In this document: piece by piece, positions 50,775-64,000 of the stretch
Layout of the letters: each line of letters starts with the position of its first letter
Position numbering within the stretch: position 1 is the first letter of the stretch
Origin: Styela clava
Taxonomy: Eukaryota
NCBI RefSeq assembly: GCF_964204865.1
Contig: NC_135261.1
Span: 11,346,001 to 11,410,000 of the forward strand
Length of the DNA: 64,000 bases
Reading direction: 5' to 3'
Translations under genes and position numbers: made by a program
The notes under the pieces: model-generated
Database searches by the model: none
Told to the model about the DNA's origin: nothing
The model's input: only the letters and a program-made list of their open reading frames with translations

Positions 50775-52713
50775 CTGTTCTAGTTGCTGACGCGCCAACG
50801 TCGCATCATCTCTTCTCCTTGCTTGGATGCAAGTTTCAATGACTTGCGTCAAGACATACGTGTGCATAATGACGAGAATTGTTTTATTCAAGAAAGTCTA
50901 CAAATAGATTTCGACGATGAGATTTTATACTTGTAGATAGAGCAACTGCACCGCGTTTTTTATTAAACATTCTTCGCAAATTGTTGAAACTGACTTCGGT
51001 TTGAAGATGAATGAAGTGATGTTCGAGTGCAATTATGCCTGAACACGAGTTCTAACAAATTTTGATGATGGCTGATTCTCGGTTTTCGATTATCCACTTC
51101 TTAAAGGGTGTAATCACAAACATTGTTTTGCTTACAATTTGTGAGCATCTATTATCTAAACAAAGACATGTTTGGTTTGATTGACGTTGTTAAACAATAT
51201 TTGAAGCAATTCAAAAGTCGACACACATTAGCATGTTGAACTTCTCCAGAAATAGAAATATTTATGCATGAGCAGAATCCGGAAAATATTGATGAAGTAT
51301 GGAAATTTCGTTCGAATTACAAAAAAAATATCTCAAAGTCCATATTTTTGAAGGCGCCTAATATGAAACTATCCGCTAGATGTTAGGTAAGCAGTTGAAA
51401 TATTCTTTTCGGATTCAGTATTCTCGGAGAATGACAACGTCAATCAATCAATCAATCTATCGAAATATCAACGTTTTGCTTCCAAAGTTTGCATACGTGT
51501 ATGCAAAATAAATTGTTTGTTCTAACATACGGATATAAGTGCTTCATCGAAAACAAACGTTTTAAATGTGATATCATTTATACGGATATGACAGCTCTTC
51601 ATCAAAAATATAATAATCTTCAAAATTGGTATTTAACTCGACATTTTGTGTTTTTGCCTTGAATGCGATGGAAATTCACTTAAATTATTTAGTACTTTTC
51701 AACTTTACCATGTTGAAGTAGGATTCAAATGTTTTGAGAATTCCAAATTCCAAAATAAAATTTTCGACTCCGAGACCTGTGACGAAACGTTATGAAACTG
51801 GATATTTCAACTTTATTGGTGTTGTCTCGACATTAATTCAATCGTTATCTTTTCATTTGGGGGTTGTGGTTGGCGTTAGATATATATAATATATGTTTAA
51901 ATGCCAGCAATTGAACAGAACATAAAATTCGTTTTGAAATTAATTGGACTATTCTACACTAATTTCTGCTTTATCATTTTGAAGGTGAAAAAATAGTTCC
52001 AACTCCAATACCACTGACAACGAGTGAAATATTCTTCGTGTGCAAAATTCATGTTCAAATAACTCATATTACAGTGTTCAATCATTATGGCTATTTCAGA
52101 TACAATGTTGATGCTCATATAATCAGGGAAAATTTTTGATTGATTGACGCTGTCAAGCATGAGAACGTCAATCAATCTATGATTCAAAAGTCGTACATTT
52201 TGATTGTTAAAATAATTGTATGCGTATGCCAATAAGTAAATAATAAAAATAAAGTGTCGTTGAAAAACTGCTATGTTTTTAGTAATGCTCTTCAATTGGA
52301 TGTAATACCTGTTGACTAACTATCTTCAATCCTGAAGTTATATTTATATAAACAATGCGCACTGATGAAGTGAATAGCTATGCCGAGGTGGTATCCTATT
52401 AGTTGAAAAATAATGTACTTCACAATATAAAGATTAATTAACAATTACCATTTTACTAAATGCACAATGATGGAAGATTTAAATGAAATAAACTGAACTT
52501 TCTGTTATAACTACGGCATAGCGATTCGAGGCAAACATTTGTTGCGCTTATGACAATTTCAATCATTGTGGTCGAGACAAGAGATCACTAATGTAACATT
52601 AAAACCCAAATGAGCTGATACTTGAATTTGGAGGGAGGGGAGAAATCCTATATATACAAGCGCACAACAGGGCTTTGACAAGTCGTTGTTCAACAACCTG
52701 AATAAAGACGATC

Positions 52714-55369
52714 ATGAAGATTCTATTGTTACTTCTAGGCTGTTTGGCCGTAAGTATTTGATAAATAGTGCCCTTCATGTCTTTTTATCAATTTTGCCAA
52801 AATTGTAATGTTTACAGGTTGCCAATGCCGCTTTATACCAACCAAGTCATTGCGGATATGTTACTTACAATGTTGGGCAATTTTACCGAATCAATTACGG
52901 ATGTTACAGTTTCCGAAGCTACTACTGTCCTGCTTGGTTCACAACGAAATATTACTCTAATGTTCTGAAGAGCTATCCAGGAGAGAAATGCACAGAGGAT
53001 GGATTCGTAGGTAATTCAGAATTGTATCTTGATATGTTTTCCTGAATAATTTGAGAAACACACATTTTGAGGGCATGAATTTTTGTATTATAGAGATGAC
53101 GGTCGACGTTTTTGAAGCTGAAGTTAAAAAACAATTGAAAGAAGTGGCCGATAAAATATATCTTGATATGCAACAAAAATATGAAGATTGGGATGAAACT
53201 GCAACAAATCAAAATACCGAGGCAAAGAAAAAGCACGAAGACGCTATCGAGGAATATGCAAAGCAGTATTTGAGGTTTGTATTTCTTCTTACAATTTTTT
53301 CTTACGTATTCTTTTTTTACTCAAATTACTAACATCGTGAATTTTTAGAATTACGGGATTGCAGGAAGAGTCAGAAGAAATGAAGGAGACCAACAAGAAG
53401 GCTATTGAAAATTATAATACAAAACTAGATTCATTGTTGGAAGAGGCAAAAAAAAATTATAACGATGACATGCAGAAAAGATACGCTTGTGTGCTGGAAT
53501 ATCACGAAAAACTTGTCGAGAGGTGGGTTACTGTAAGTTTAAATGTCCGTTTACAAGAGAACGAAAATTCGAACCTTTCTTATTTCAGGTCTGTTACATG
53601 CTTCACCACTCGTTTAGCTAAAATAGCAGAATACAAAGAAGCTCTCGAAAAGCGCGTGACAGAGTACGAGACAAAGTATAAATGTGTCATGGAAGCCATC
53701 GTGAAACAGAGATCTGAAGTGTTCCAAAAACTCATATACAGAGCCCATTGTAAGTTTTTTCTATTCTTTCGAATTTTGCACATACTTTTATTCATAATGG
53801 AACTTTACATCTAGGTTCTGAGGATTGGAACGAAGCAGAGGTTAATGCAGTTTTGGAGGCTTTCAAAACTAAAGAAACTCAATCATATCAAACACAGTTG
53901 GATGAATACACTACGAAGCTAACTGCAGCTATCGCAGAACTTGTGAAAAGCTACGCATGCGCTTATCAGTGCGCTTACGGCGGAACTCTCTGTTTTGGCA
54001 GAAGTCAATTTTACACCAATTGGTAATTATAAATAAATGGAAGGTACATAGTATATATCAATATAATTCTACTCCTGGTTTTTTCTTTATAGTCGAAGTA
54101 TCGGGAAATGGTGGACGTACAGAATTACCACCCAAAGAAGTTGCTTCCGTTTCTTGACCTACAAATTCCAATACAGGACAATCCAATACAAGCAACTGAA
54201 AAAATGTGAAACCGGTTAGTGCAATTCCTAAAAATTTTCCACAATTGTCTTTATGTTTCACTGAATTTAATATTTTTATTACACTTAAGATGAAGTTAAT
54301 ATCACCGAACAAAAATTCAAAGAAGACCTTGATACCAAAGCTAAGACAATAATTGAATCTATGAAGAAAACATATGCTGAATGGTTTGCACAAGCAGAAA
54401 TAACTAATCAGAAGGCATTGGAGTCTTTCAAAAAGATTGTTGATGAGAGACACGAATGTTTAATAACGTATTATAAAGCAAATTGCTTAGTAAAGTAAGT
54501 GTCACAGTGAATAAGTATATCATAAGATGACATTTGGCACAATTGCTCTTTATATTTCCAGAAACAATTGCATCACAGCAGATAACTTGACTTCCCTAGA
54601 AGAATATCAGAAATCATTAGACGAACAAAAGAAAGAAGCGATTGCAGAGTATGAAAAAAAGCTTGAGGAGCGCCTTTCTCGCGCTTCCAAGGCATACACT
54701 GACATGATTGATTGCCACGAGCAAAGGATCAATGAGCGAATTGCCAAATATGTTGCACAATATGCATCATGCCTATCTACCAGAGAGACAAAGATCGAAA
54801 ACTACGAAAAGTGCTTATCGGAACGGTTTGAAAGAAGACTGAAATGCATTACAGAAAGATTGGAAAAGGTTGGCAGTGTGAAATTTTGTTCAAAAAATAT
54901 GTATATATATTTATATAATTCTTGCAAAAATGTTTAGATTTCCCAACTCAGAATGGAACAGTATTTGAAACTGCTTGAATTTTATATGGGCAAACCACTC
55001 GGCAACGAAGCTCAAGCATTGTACGACGCCTACCAAGCAAAAACGGAGACGGAACTCGCCGATATAGTGACCAAGATTAAAGGAGACTGGGAGAAACATC
55101 TAAGTGATCTGAAGGAGCATTACGCTTGTGGATTCAAATGCACATACTGTGTGCAACTTCGAGAACTCAGGATCCATTATAATTATCGCTGCGTGTTACC
55201 CACGTCTTCATCTTATTGCTTTGCTTACAAGCAATTCTGGTAAGTCATAGATACGTAATTGAATTGAATCAAATTTTTTCCTGTTTAACATATTCCTATT
55301 TTTAGCACGTACAAATCCTACCGCATTGTCAAGTATGGCGGATGCTTCAGATATGTCAGATGTGTATAA
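52714..55369 (+). CDS. Secreted 650-aa helical/Tyr-Cys-rich protein, copy 3 (intact)
   Basis: Same 11 exons at offset +22264; ATG 52714, TAA 55367-55369. Confidence 0.92.
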
Positions 55370-57739
55370 ACGCCGGCAACATCAACCGAACGACAAGCGA
55401 CTATGAAAATATTATTCATTTTAGTTTTAGATTAGGCTGATGAATTTATGCCAATTGCATTTACCATCTGATGATATTGACAATAAATTCTAAGCAAATG
55501 CAAATAGAAGTGTTACAATGTGGTTAGAGGCATCTGTAGTGACCGTGATTTGAAAGTACGTGTGGATTGAACACTATTTCTATACCTTTACATGTAAAAT
55601 TGTATCATGCAATAACATCAGTTACAAACTTCGCAAAGCACAAAGCGCTTTATTTTTAGACATGCATGCTTCATACTCCTTGTAACCCCCTTTATTTGCG
55701 ACCCGGTAACGCCAGGGTGCAAATAGTAGAAAAAGCTGTTGTGTGGAAAATGCATTTCCCAAATCCTTGTTCAAGCACAACCGATTTTTTCAAACTTATC
55801 ATGAAAATTGTACTTCTAAAAATTGATAACGCGAGATGAAACCTTGAACGATGCACAAGAAAACATCAAAATGGGAAATACAGGTCAACTTGTTACGTTC
55901 AGGAATGACAAATGTTGGATGAGAAATGGAATTATAATGAAAATAATGTCTCTGAACAATCATATTATTGCAAATTCCGCAATTACGAAATATTAATACC
56001 ATAACGGTAATATTTATGCTCCGGAAAAGAAAGTTTAAGAATCCTCACGTAAACTTCACAATCTGTTAATAATGACAATATTAAATACAAAAACACCAGT
56101 AAAATTCAAATCATGCAAATCTCAGTATTTTCCGGTAACCGGGGCTTAAATTTGAAATATTCGTTTAAATTCACATATTTGTCCAGAAAGTTTTGCAATA
56201 ATTCAAGCATCTTCCAGATAAATTCAATTTTTACAGACTTGACGACATTTTTTGTAGAGTTCAAAATTCTACAAATTTTCTTCGAAATATTCGAAAATTT
56301 GAGATGTCATCAAAATTATACAATTGCGATATATTAGTCTTCTCTTCAACGATAAACTCAAATTTTTAGGTAAGGTTCGAAATAATTGATTATTTTATAA
56401 ATGAATGCAAATTTCACAAAATTGCCAATATTCGACCAACAGAAAATTCGGAACATCGATGGATGTTACTACAATTTTCATAGTGCGATGTTTTGTCTTC
56501 TATAAACCGCGAATTCTAATTTTTACACTCGGGATTGGAAAAACTCGATATAATGCGAATATCTTTTGAATATATTTAATTTTTACAAAGTTGACAACAC
56601 TCAAATCTCAAAAATTGCTGGATATCACAAATATATTTTTTACCATAATACCTTCTGACATTGGTCCTCTCTCTATTTAACGCAAAATTCAGGGTCTTGA
56701 ACTTGGAACCGGAATTCTTTAAATGATGCAATTATCTGATAAACATGAGGGCCATACACAAATATATGGACACGAGAACCGAAACGAAACAATTCACCAT
56801 CAATTCCCAGAAAACCATGCAATGTGCTTAACGAAGCTGTATTTTAAAACAGCTAATGTACGATAACTTACCAGTATGTTTAAAATGTTCGTTCCAATTT
56901 GAAAATTTTGTCCGAAATCAGGCAATCCAATACACTGCGCTTTTTAGCCTAAATATGTGGACTCTTTGACTAGTTTGAAGACAGGCAATGATATGCCAAT
57001 TCATAAATTTTGTTCTAAGTTAGGCAATGTCATGCAAATTTAAAATTTTTGTCCGGAATTTTGCAATTCCATTTTTTTGGTTAATGAAATTTATTCCACT
57101 ACCAGACATTTGATATGCTCGACACTTACGCTATTAGAACTGAAATCTTCAATATGTTTTCTGTTTATAATACAGTAATAGTTTGTAACGAAACTTTCTT
57201 TATGAAAAAGCCTGCGACTTGTTCTTCGCGACTTACTGTACCTCGATGAGCAACACATCGCTTAAAAGGCGCGCTATTCCTAATTTTGATCAGGTCATCG
57301 TACACGGAAAAAAAATTCCATGAATCCCACAAAAACTTTGGAAAGGAATAAAAGTTATAGCCTTCTAGCGAACAATACAATCTTTGACCACTGGAAATTT
57401 CAAAGCAATTGTTCCAGTATTTAGAAAGAAAAATAAAAGATCAGAAGAAAATAACAAGTACAACATAGTAACAAAACAACATATTATCACCCTGATAAAA
57501 CATTAGGTTCAATTTTTTCGAAATTTGGCAGGAATTTCGCTTGAATAGCGATGGTTCTGGAAACATCAATGCACTTTCTTCACCAAAAAATTGTACGACA
57601 TCTTAACGTCAAAAAACGACAACATAAGGAAAATCCAGTTTCTAATCAATGTACATGTATTGTTAATATAAAAAATAAAACCAATGAGCAACGGTGAATA
57701 ATCGAATCACAGTTGAAAATAAGTGAATAGAGAATACCT

Positions 57740-59045
57740 ATTCACCAAATGGCGTAATTCACAGACTCCGTGTTCTTTTCAGTTTTTTTAAAAAATGGCA
57801 TTCTTGCATATTGTACTTTCTTGTTGTACCATAATGGTTCATTATAGAGATGGATATTGGCATTGGATGTTAATTCCTTATATATGTACCAGGTACAAAG
57901 TGTATCCTTAATTGTTATAAAATGAAGATTTTTTATGAAACGAGAGTTATACCATAAATTTCCTTTCAGTAAACAATGTATTTCTATATCACGTAAATAA
58001 TAAAGTTCAATGGTTTTCCAAATAATCTCTTTTGACTCATCTATGAGGTGATACAACCATTTCAGTTTTTGAAAAATAAAGGTACTTTCAACGTCTACCA
58101 TTTCAATTCCACCTTTCATTTTTGGGCCAATCAATGTTTTACGTTTGATTCTTTCCCAATTTGAATTCCATAAAAAACGAAATATAAAAGAATTCAGTGA
58201 TTTAACAAATTTTTTGGGAATAGTAACAGGTAAAAATGTAAATTGATATGTAAATAGCGATAGAATTCATGATTTGATTACACATACTTTTCCTAGAATT
58301 GTTAAATTTCTCCTACGCCAAATTTGAATAATGTTTGGTACTTGCTGCAACATAAACGGTAAGTTAAGTTCATATAGTTGTTTCAAATCAGCCGTAATTG
58401 TAATTCTCAATACTTTAAACTCATAAGTCCAGTTGAGATTGTGATGAATATTTTGTTCAATTATGCCACATTCAGTTCCAATATTCATTGCTTGTGATTT
58501 TCAGCATTTGTTTTGCATCCTGACATAGTTCAGCTGTTCGAAATAAGGTTTCAATGCTTTCAGATGACTCATCAGTGAAGACTATTGTATCATCTGCAGC
58601 TAGGGCTATTTTAATTTGAGATTGAATCGCCGTGATTAAGCCCGAATGCTTTTAGTGACTGGAACAGGAAACACCATTCGACACTATCAAATATCCAATC
58701 CAATAATTGTACCAGGTATTTTATTGTATGTTGTATGGTTTATTATATCGCAAAGTAATCGTATGTTTTCTCCCATTTGTCTGTTTTGAATAAAACCTCT
58801 TTGATCTTTGTGAATTATATTGTTCATTACTGTTTGGATTTGTGTCGTGAGAACTTTACTTAAAATTTTGTAATCCGTATTCAATAGCGTAATGGGTCGA
58901 TAGTTTTTTAAATTATCGGCGTCTTTTCCTTTCTTCAATATGAGGGTTATTATTCCATCACATTGAGTTTGGCTCGTGTGACCAGTGATACACGCCTGGT
59001 TATAACATTTCAGCAGAGAGTCTTTCAAATCTTCCCAAAAGATTT
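57740..59045 (-). pseudogene. Tx1/L1-like LINE relic, unit 4 (shares the 89-bp deletion)
   Basis: Same fragments and same deletion junction (TTTAATTT|GAGATT) as unit 3. Confidence 0.85.
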
Positions 59046-59967
59046 TATGTTAATAACGACCAACTCGACTTAATAGCGCAGACATGCGGAGATAATATCA
59101 TAACAACACAATTACACTTAGATATATAAAACAAGCCCATATTTGTCTGTGATGATAGATCGTCCGGAAAAAGAGCGTTCACAATGTAGTCATTTTTTCC
59201 TAACTCAGGCTTTTTTGTCGTTGTTTAATTGACCCTTGTGTCCATAAAATTAGACATTGTCTTCCCTAATATATATACGAATCCTGGCAGAGCCCACAAA
59301 CACTAAGACAGACACCTGGAAATTATACATTGTGAATAAAATAGTGTTTGCGTCCCAACGCCGCATCATCTCTTCTCCTTGTTTCGATGCAAGTTTCAAT
59401 GACTTGCGCCATAAAATACATGCGTATAATGAAAAGAATTGTTCTATTCACAAAAGCCTAGTAATACTTTTTGACGTTAAGATATTATACTTGTTGAAGG
59501 AGCAACTGGAACGCGTATTTAATTGAAACATTCTACGCAAATTGTTGAAATTAACTTTGGTTTGAAGATGAATGGGGTGATTTCCGAGTGCAATTATGCC
59601 TGAACACGAGTTTTAACAAATTTTGATGATGGCTGATCTTCGGTTTTCAATTATCCACTTCTTACAGGATGTAATCACAAACATTGTTTTGCTTACAATT
59701 TTTGAGCATCCATTATCTAAACAATGACATGTTTGGTTTGATTGACGTTGTCAAACGATATTTGACGCGAGTCAAAAGTCAAGTTGCACATTGGCATATA
59801 AAACTTTTCCAGAAATAGAAATATTTATGCATGAGAAGAATCCAGGAAATATTGATGATATATAGAAATTTGTTTCGAATTGCAAAAATATATCTCAAAA
59901 TCCATATTTTTAAAGGCGCCCAATATGAAACTGTCCGCTAGTTGCAGGGGATGTAGTTGAATGTAGT

Positions 59968-60387
59968 AGAATCCCACCCGCGACGTTTCACTGAAATATA
60001 GTAACAAAACACCCGTTTCGACGATTATATTCTATACGTAACAAAATTTATTGTGAGACACGTGTAGACTAAATCATATTATAATCTAACAAGTAGAAAA
60101 TTAATGAGCCTATAATTTCATTATAATTAGACAAATGTCAACAAAACGCAGAAACGTTGATGCTAGGTGCAAAGGGTTCAATGGCGCCAAAAATCTTCAA
60201 ATGAAATTTTTTGATGCAATGTAATGAGGAAAGAAATCTATAGTCTATTCGAGAAATGTACCACTGCTTGATTTTTATTATAAAAAGTATCATCCGTTTG
60301 ATTTCAAACTTTCTAGAATTATGTGCGCCCGCCATTATTGCCACCCTTGATTTTGGCCCGCGAGCGACAAAAGGTTGCCGACCCTTG
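59968..60387 (+). mobile_element. hAT-Charlie-like element, body and right end (unit 4)
   Basis: GGTTGCCGACCCTTG (60373-60387) is the reverse complement of the left TIR of units 1-3 at 13/15 positions; followed by CTTTAGAG (left flank in units 1-3: CTTTGAGG). Confidence 0.7.
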
Positions 60388-61121
60388 CTTTAGAGATCGG
60401 GTGTGTAAGATCACTGTCTGTCAACAAATTATATGAAAAATTAAGACAAGATTTTCTAATTCAGATCTATTCATAACAGACACGCATTCATAAAACCTTC
60501 GGTACAAGTCTATTAAAATTTGACTAGAATTTCCCTTGCATTGCGATGGCTCTGGAAACACCAGTGCACGTCACAGAAACAAATGTACGGCATCTTAACT
60601 CCAAAAAATGACAATATAAGAAAAATCCAGTTTCTAATTAATGTTCATGTCTGGCTAATACAAAAAAAAAAACGAATGGACAACGGTAATAAAGCAAATC
60701 ATAACTATAGCGATTAAAAAAAAAACGTTACAAACTTGGCGCAAGACTCATTGCTGCTAAAAGGTCGCAAGTATGCAATTATTTCGCTCACGACCAACTC
60801 GACCTAAAAGCGGGGACAAGCGGAAATGATATTATGACAACACAATTACACTTTGATATATGAATCAAATCCATATTTGCTTGTAATAATAGATCGTCCG
60901 TAAAAATGTAGGTATTTCTTCTTAACTTAAACTTTTTTTCGTTGTTAATTGACCCTCGTGTCCATAAAATTTGACATTGCTCTCTTATATATATACGAAT
61001 CATTGAAAGGTCTACAATTATTAGAAAGACAACAGTAATCACACATGGTTAATAAAATAACTGATGAAAACCCTTTTCTTTGAAGGAGATCACAGGTCAT
61101 GGAAGTTTGAGGACCGCTGTC

Positions 61122-61460
61122 AGGATAGGATGGGATTCACATATTTATCCCGGGGGAGAAGAAAGCCGATAAGACGGCTTATCCATATGGCGAACCACGG
61201 CCTCTCGTCCGGTTACCATTCCAAGTCCGGTATGTGATTAGTTATATTGTTTGTTTTTGAAAGCATGGACTTGGTGGTGGAGGAAGCTGTAACCGACCAG
61301 CCGTTACGTGAACCACCCAGCGACGGCGAGGAGTCCAGCAATCCGCTCGCACATAACCATCCCTGCATGGGATTCGAACCTGCGAACCTACGCAGAGTAA
61401 TTAGAGGTGCGGTGGCGAGCGTATTTCTAACGCTTCACCCGTTGAGCCACACCGCCGCGC
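61122..61460 (-). mobile_element. tRNA-derived SINE, unit 4
   Basis: Near-identical to 28172-28510, with a few substitutions in the tail. Confidence 0.85.
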
Positions 61461-63399
61461 CTGTTCTAGTTGCTGACGCGCCAACGTCGCATCATCTCTT
61501 CTCCTTGCTTGGATGCAAGTTTCAATGACTTGCGTCAAGACATACGTGTGCATAATGACGAGAATTGTTTTATTCAAGAAAGTCTACAAATAGATTTCGA
61601 CGATGAGATTTTATACTTGTAGATAGAGCAACTGCACCGCGTTTTTTATTAAACATTCTTCGCAAATTGTTGAAACTGACTTCGGTTTGAAGATGAATGA
61701 AGTGATGTTCGAGTGCAATTATGCCTGAACACGAGTTCTAACAAATTTTGATGATGGCTGATTCTCGGTTTTCGATTATCCACTTCTTAAAGGGTGTAAT
61801 CACAAACATTGTTTTGCTTACAATTTGTGAGCATCTATTATCTAAACAAAGACATGTTTGGTTTGATTGACGTTGTTAAACAATATTTGAAGCAATTCAA
61901 AAGTCGACACACATTAGCATGTTGAACTTCTCCAGAAATAGAAATATTTATGCATGAGCAGAATCCGGAAAATATTGATGAAGTATGGAAATTTCGTTCG
62001 AATTACAAAAAAAATATCTCAAAGTCCATATTTTTGAAGGCGCCTAATATGAAACTATCCGCTAGATGTTAGGTAAGCAGTTGAAATATTCTTTTCGGAT
62101 TCAGTATTCTCGGAGAATGACAACGTCAATCAATCAATCAATCTATCGAAATATCAACGTTTTGCTTCCAAAGTTTGCATACGTGTATGCAAAATAAATT
62201 GTTTGTTCTAACATACGGATATAAGTGCTTCATCGAAAACAAACGTTTTAAATGTGATATCATTTATACGGATATGACAGCTCTTCATCAAAAATATAAT
62301 AATCTTCAAAATTGGTATTTAACTCGACATTTTGTGTTTTTGCCTTGAATGCGATGGAAATTCACTTAAATTATTTAGTACTTTTCAACTTTACCATGTT
62401 GAAGTAGGATTCAAATGTTTTGAGAATTCCAAATTCCAAAATAAAATTTTCGACTCCGAGACCTGTGACGAAACGTTATGAAACTGGATATTTCAACTTT
62501 ATTGGTGTTGTCTCGACATTAATTCAATCGTTATCTTTTCATTTGGGGGTTGTGGTTGGCGTTAGATATATATAATATATGTTTAAATGCCAGCAATTGA
62601 ACAGAACATAAAATTCGTTTTGAAATTAATTGGACTATTCTACACTAATTTCTGCTTTATCATTTTGAAGGTGAAAAAATAGTTCCAACTCCAATACCAC
62701 TGACAACGAGTGAAATATTCTTCGTGTGCAAAATTCATGTTCAAATAACTCATATTACAGTGTTCAATCATTATGGCTATTTCAGATACAATGTTGATGC
62801 TCATATAATCAGGGAAAATTTTTGATTGATTGACGCTGTCAAGCATGAGAACGTCAATCAATCTATGATTCAAAAGTCGTACATTTTGATTGTTAAAATA
62901 ATTGTATGCGTATGCCAATAAGTAAATAATAAAAATAAAGTGTCGTTGAAAAACTGCTATGTTTTTAGTAATGCTCTTCAATTGGATGTAATACCTGTTG
63001 ACTAACTATCTTCAATCCTGAAGTTATATTTATATAAACAATGCGCACTGATGAAGTGAATAGCTATGCCGAGGTGGTATCCCATTAGTTGAAAAATAAT
63101 GTACTTCACAATATAAAGATTAATTAACAATTACCATTTTACTAAATGCACAATGATGGAAGATTTAAATGAAATAAACTGAACTTTCTGTTATAACTAC
63201 GGCATAGCGATTCGAGGCAAACATTTGTTGCGCTTATGACAATTTCAATCATTGTGGTCGAGACAAGAGATCACTAATGTAACATTAAAACCCAAATGAG
63301 CTGGTACTTGAATTTGGAGGGAGGGGAGAAATCCTATATATACAAGCGCACAACAGGGATTTGACAAGTCGTTGTTCAACAACCTGAATAAAGACGATC

Positions 63400-63960
63400 A
63401 TGAAGATTCTATTGTTACTTCTAGGCTGTTTGGCCGTAAGTATTTGATAAATAGTGCCCTTCATGTCTTTTTATCAATTTTGCCAAAATTATAATGTTTA
63501 CAGGTTGCCAATGCCGCTTTATACCAACCAAGTCATTGCGGATATGTTACTTACAATGTCGGGCAATTTTACCGAATCAATTACGGATGTTACAGTTTCC
63601 GAAGCTACTACTGTCCTGCTTGGTTCACAACGAAATATTACTCTAATGTTCTGAAGAGCTATCCAGGAGAGAAATGCACAGAGGATGGATTCGTAGGTAA
63701 TTCAGAATTGTATCTTGATATGTTTTCCTGAATAATTTGAGAAACACACATTTTGAGGGCATGAATTTTTGTATTATAGAGATGACGGTCGACGTTTTTG
63801 AAGCTGAAGTTAAAAAACAATTGAAAGAAGTGGCCGATAAAATATATCTTGATATGCAACAAAAATATGAAGATTGGGATGAAACTGCAACAAATCAAAA
63901 TACCGAGGCAAAGAAAAAGCACGAAGACGCTATCGAGGAATATGCAAAGCAGTATTTGAG
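63400..63960 (+). CDS. Secreted helical/Tyr-Cys-rich protein, copy 4 (exons 1-3; continues beyond the window)
   Basis: ATG 63400; exons 63400-63435, 63504-63696, 63780-63960, same structure as copy 1. Confidence 0.88.
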
Positions 63961-64000
63961 GTTTGTATTTCTTCTTACAATTTTTTCTTACGTATTCTTT

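Larger units (their letters stand above)
15363..64000 (+). repeat. Tandem segmental array, core unit ~10.3-10.4 kb, at least 4 copies
   Basis: Units start at ATTAGTCTTCTCTTCAACG: U1 15363-34352, U2 34353-46012, U3 46013-56332, U4 56333-end. Length differences are accounted for by the BEL (8284 incl. TSD), MITE (284), HINE (1250) and an 89-bp LINE deletion. ORFs recur nearly verbatim. Confidence 0.97.

Noticed and set aside
15363-64000. Whole ~10.4-kb unit as a giant transposon (Helitron/Polinton) carrying the gene
   Set aside because: No TIRs, TSDs, terminal hairpin or replication genes at the unit junctions; head-to-tail arrangement fits unequal recombination.

Overview
AT-rich, intron-containing animal DNA, most likely an ascidian or other invertebrate chordate (inferred from gene content, not proven). 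It has two parts. (1) 1-14 kb holds the 3' coiled-coil-tail exons of a class-XVIII myosin gene (MYO18). It has two phase-compatible alternative last exons: a short one (13078-13174) and a 2-kb Ser/Arg/Asp-rich one (10595-12605) ending ...[11 protein letters not shown]. (2) 15.4-64 kb is a tandem array of a ~10.3-10.4 kb unit, with at least 4 copies running off the window. Each unit carries an 11-exon gene that the ORF track shows only in fragments; copies 1-3 are complete and intact. Spliced by hand it encodes a 650-aa secreted protein of two internally duplicated alpha-helical modules, separated and capped by three Tyr/Cys/basic-rich blocks, a candidate cross-linkable extracellular fibre protein. 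Each unit also has a decayed Tx1/L1-like LINE, a tRNA-derived SINE and old repeat relics. Copy-specific insertions, each with its empty site visible in sister units, are a full-length but dead BEL/Pao LTR retrotransposon (17135-25413), a hAT MITE (33267-33542) and a Helentron-type non-autonomous element (38772-40021). Variant sharing between units is mosaic, pointing to unequal crossing-over or gene conversion. No CRISPR, rRNA or genuine tRNA gene was seen.
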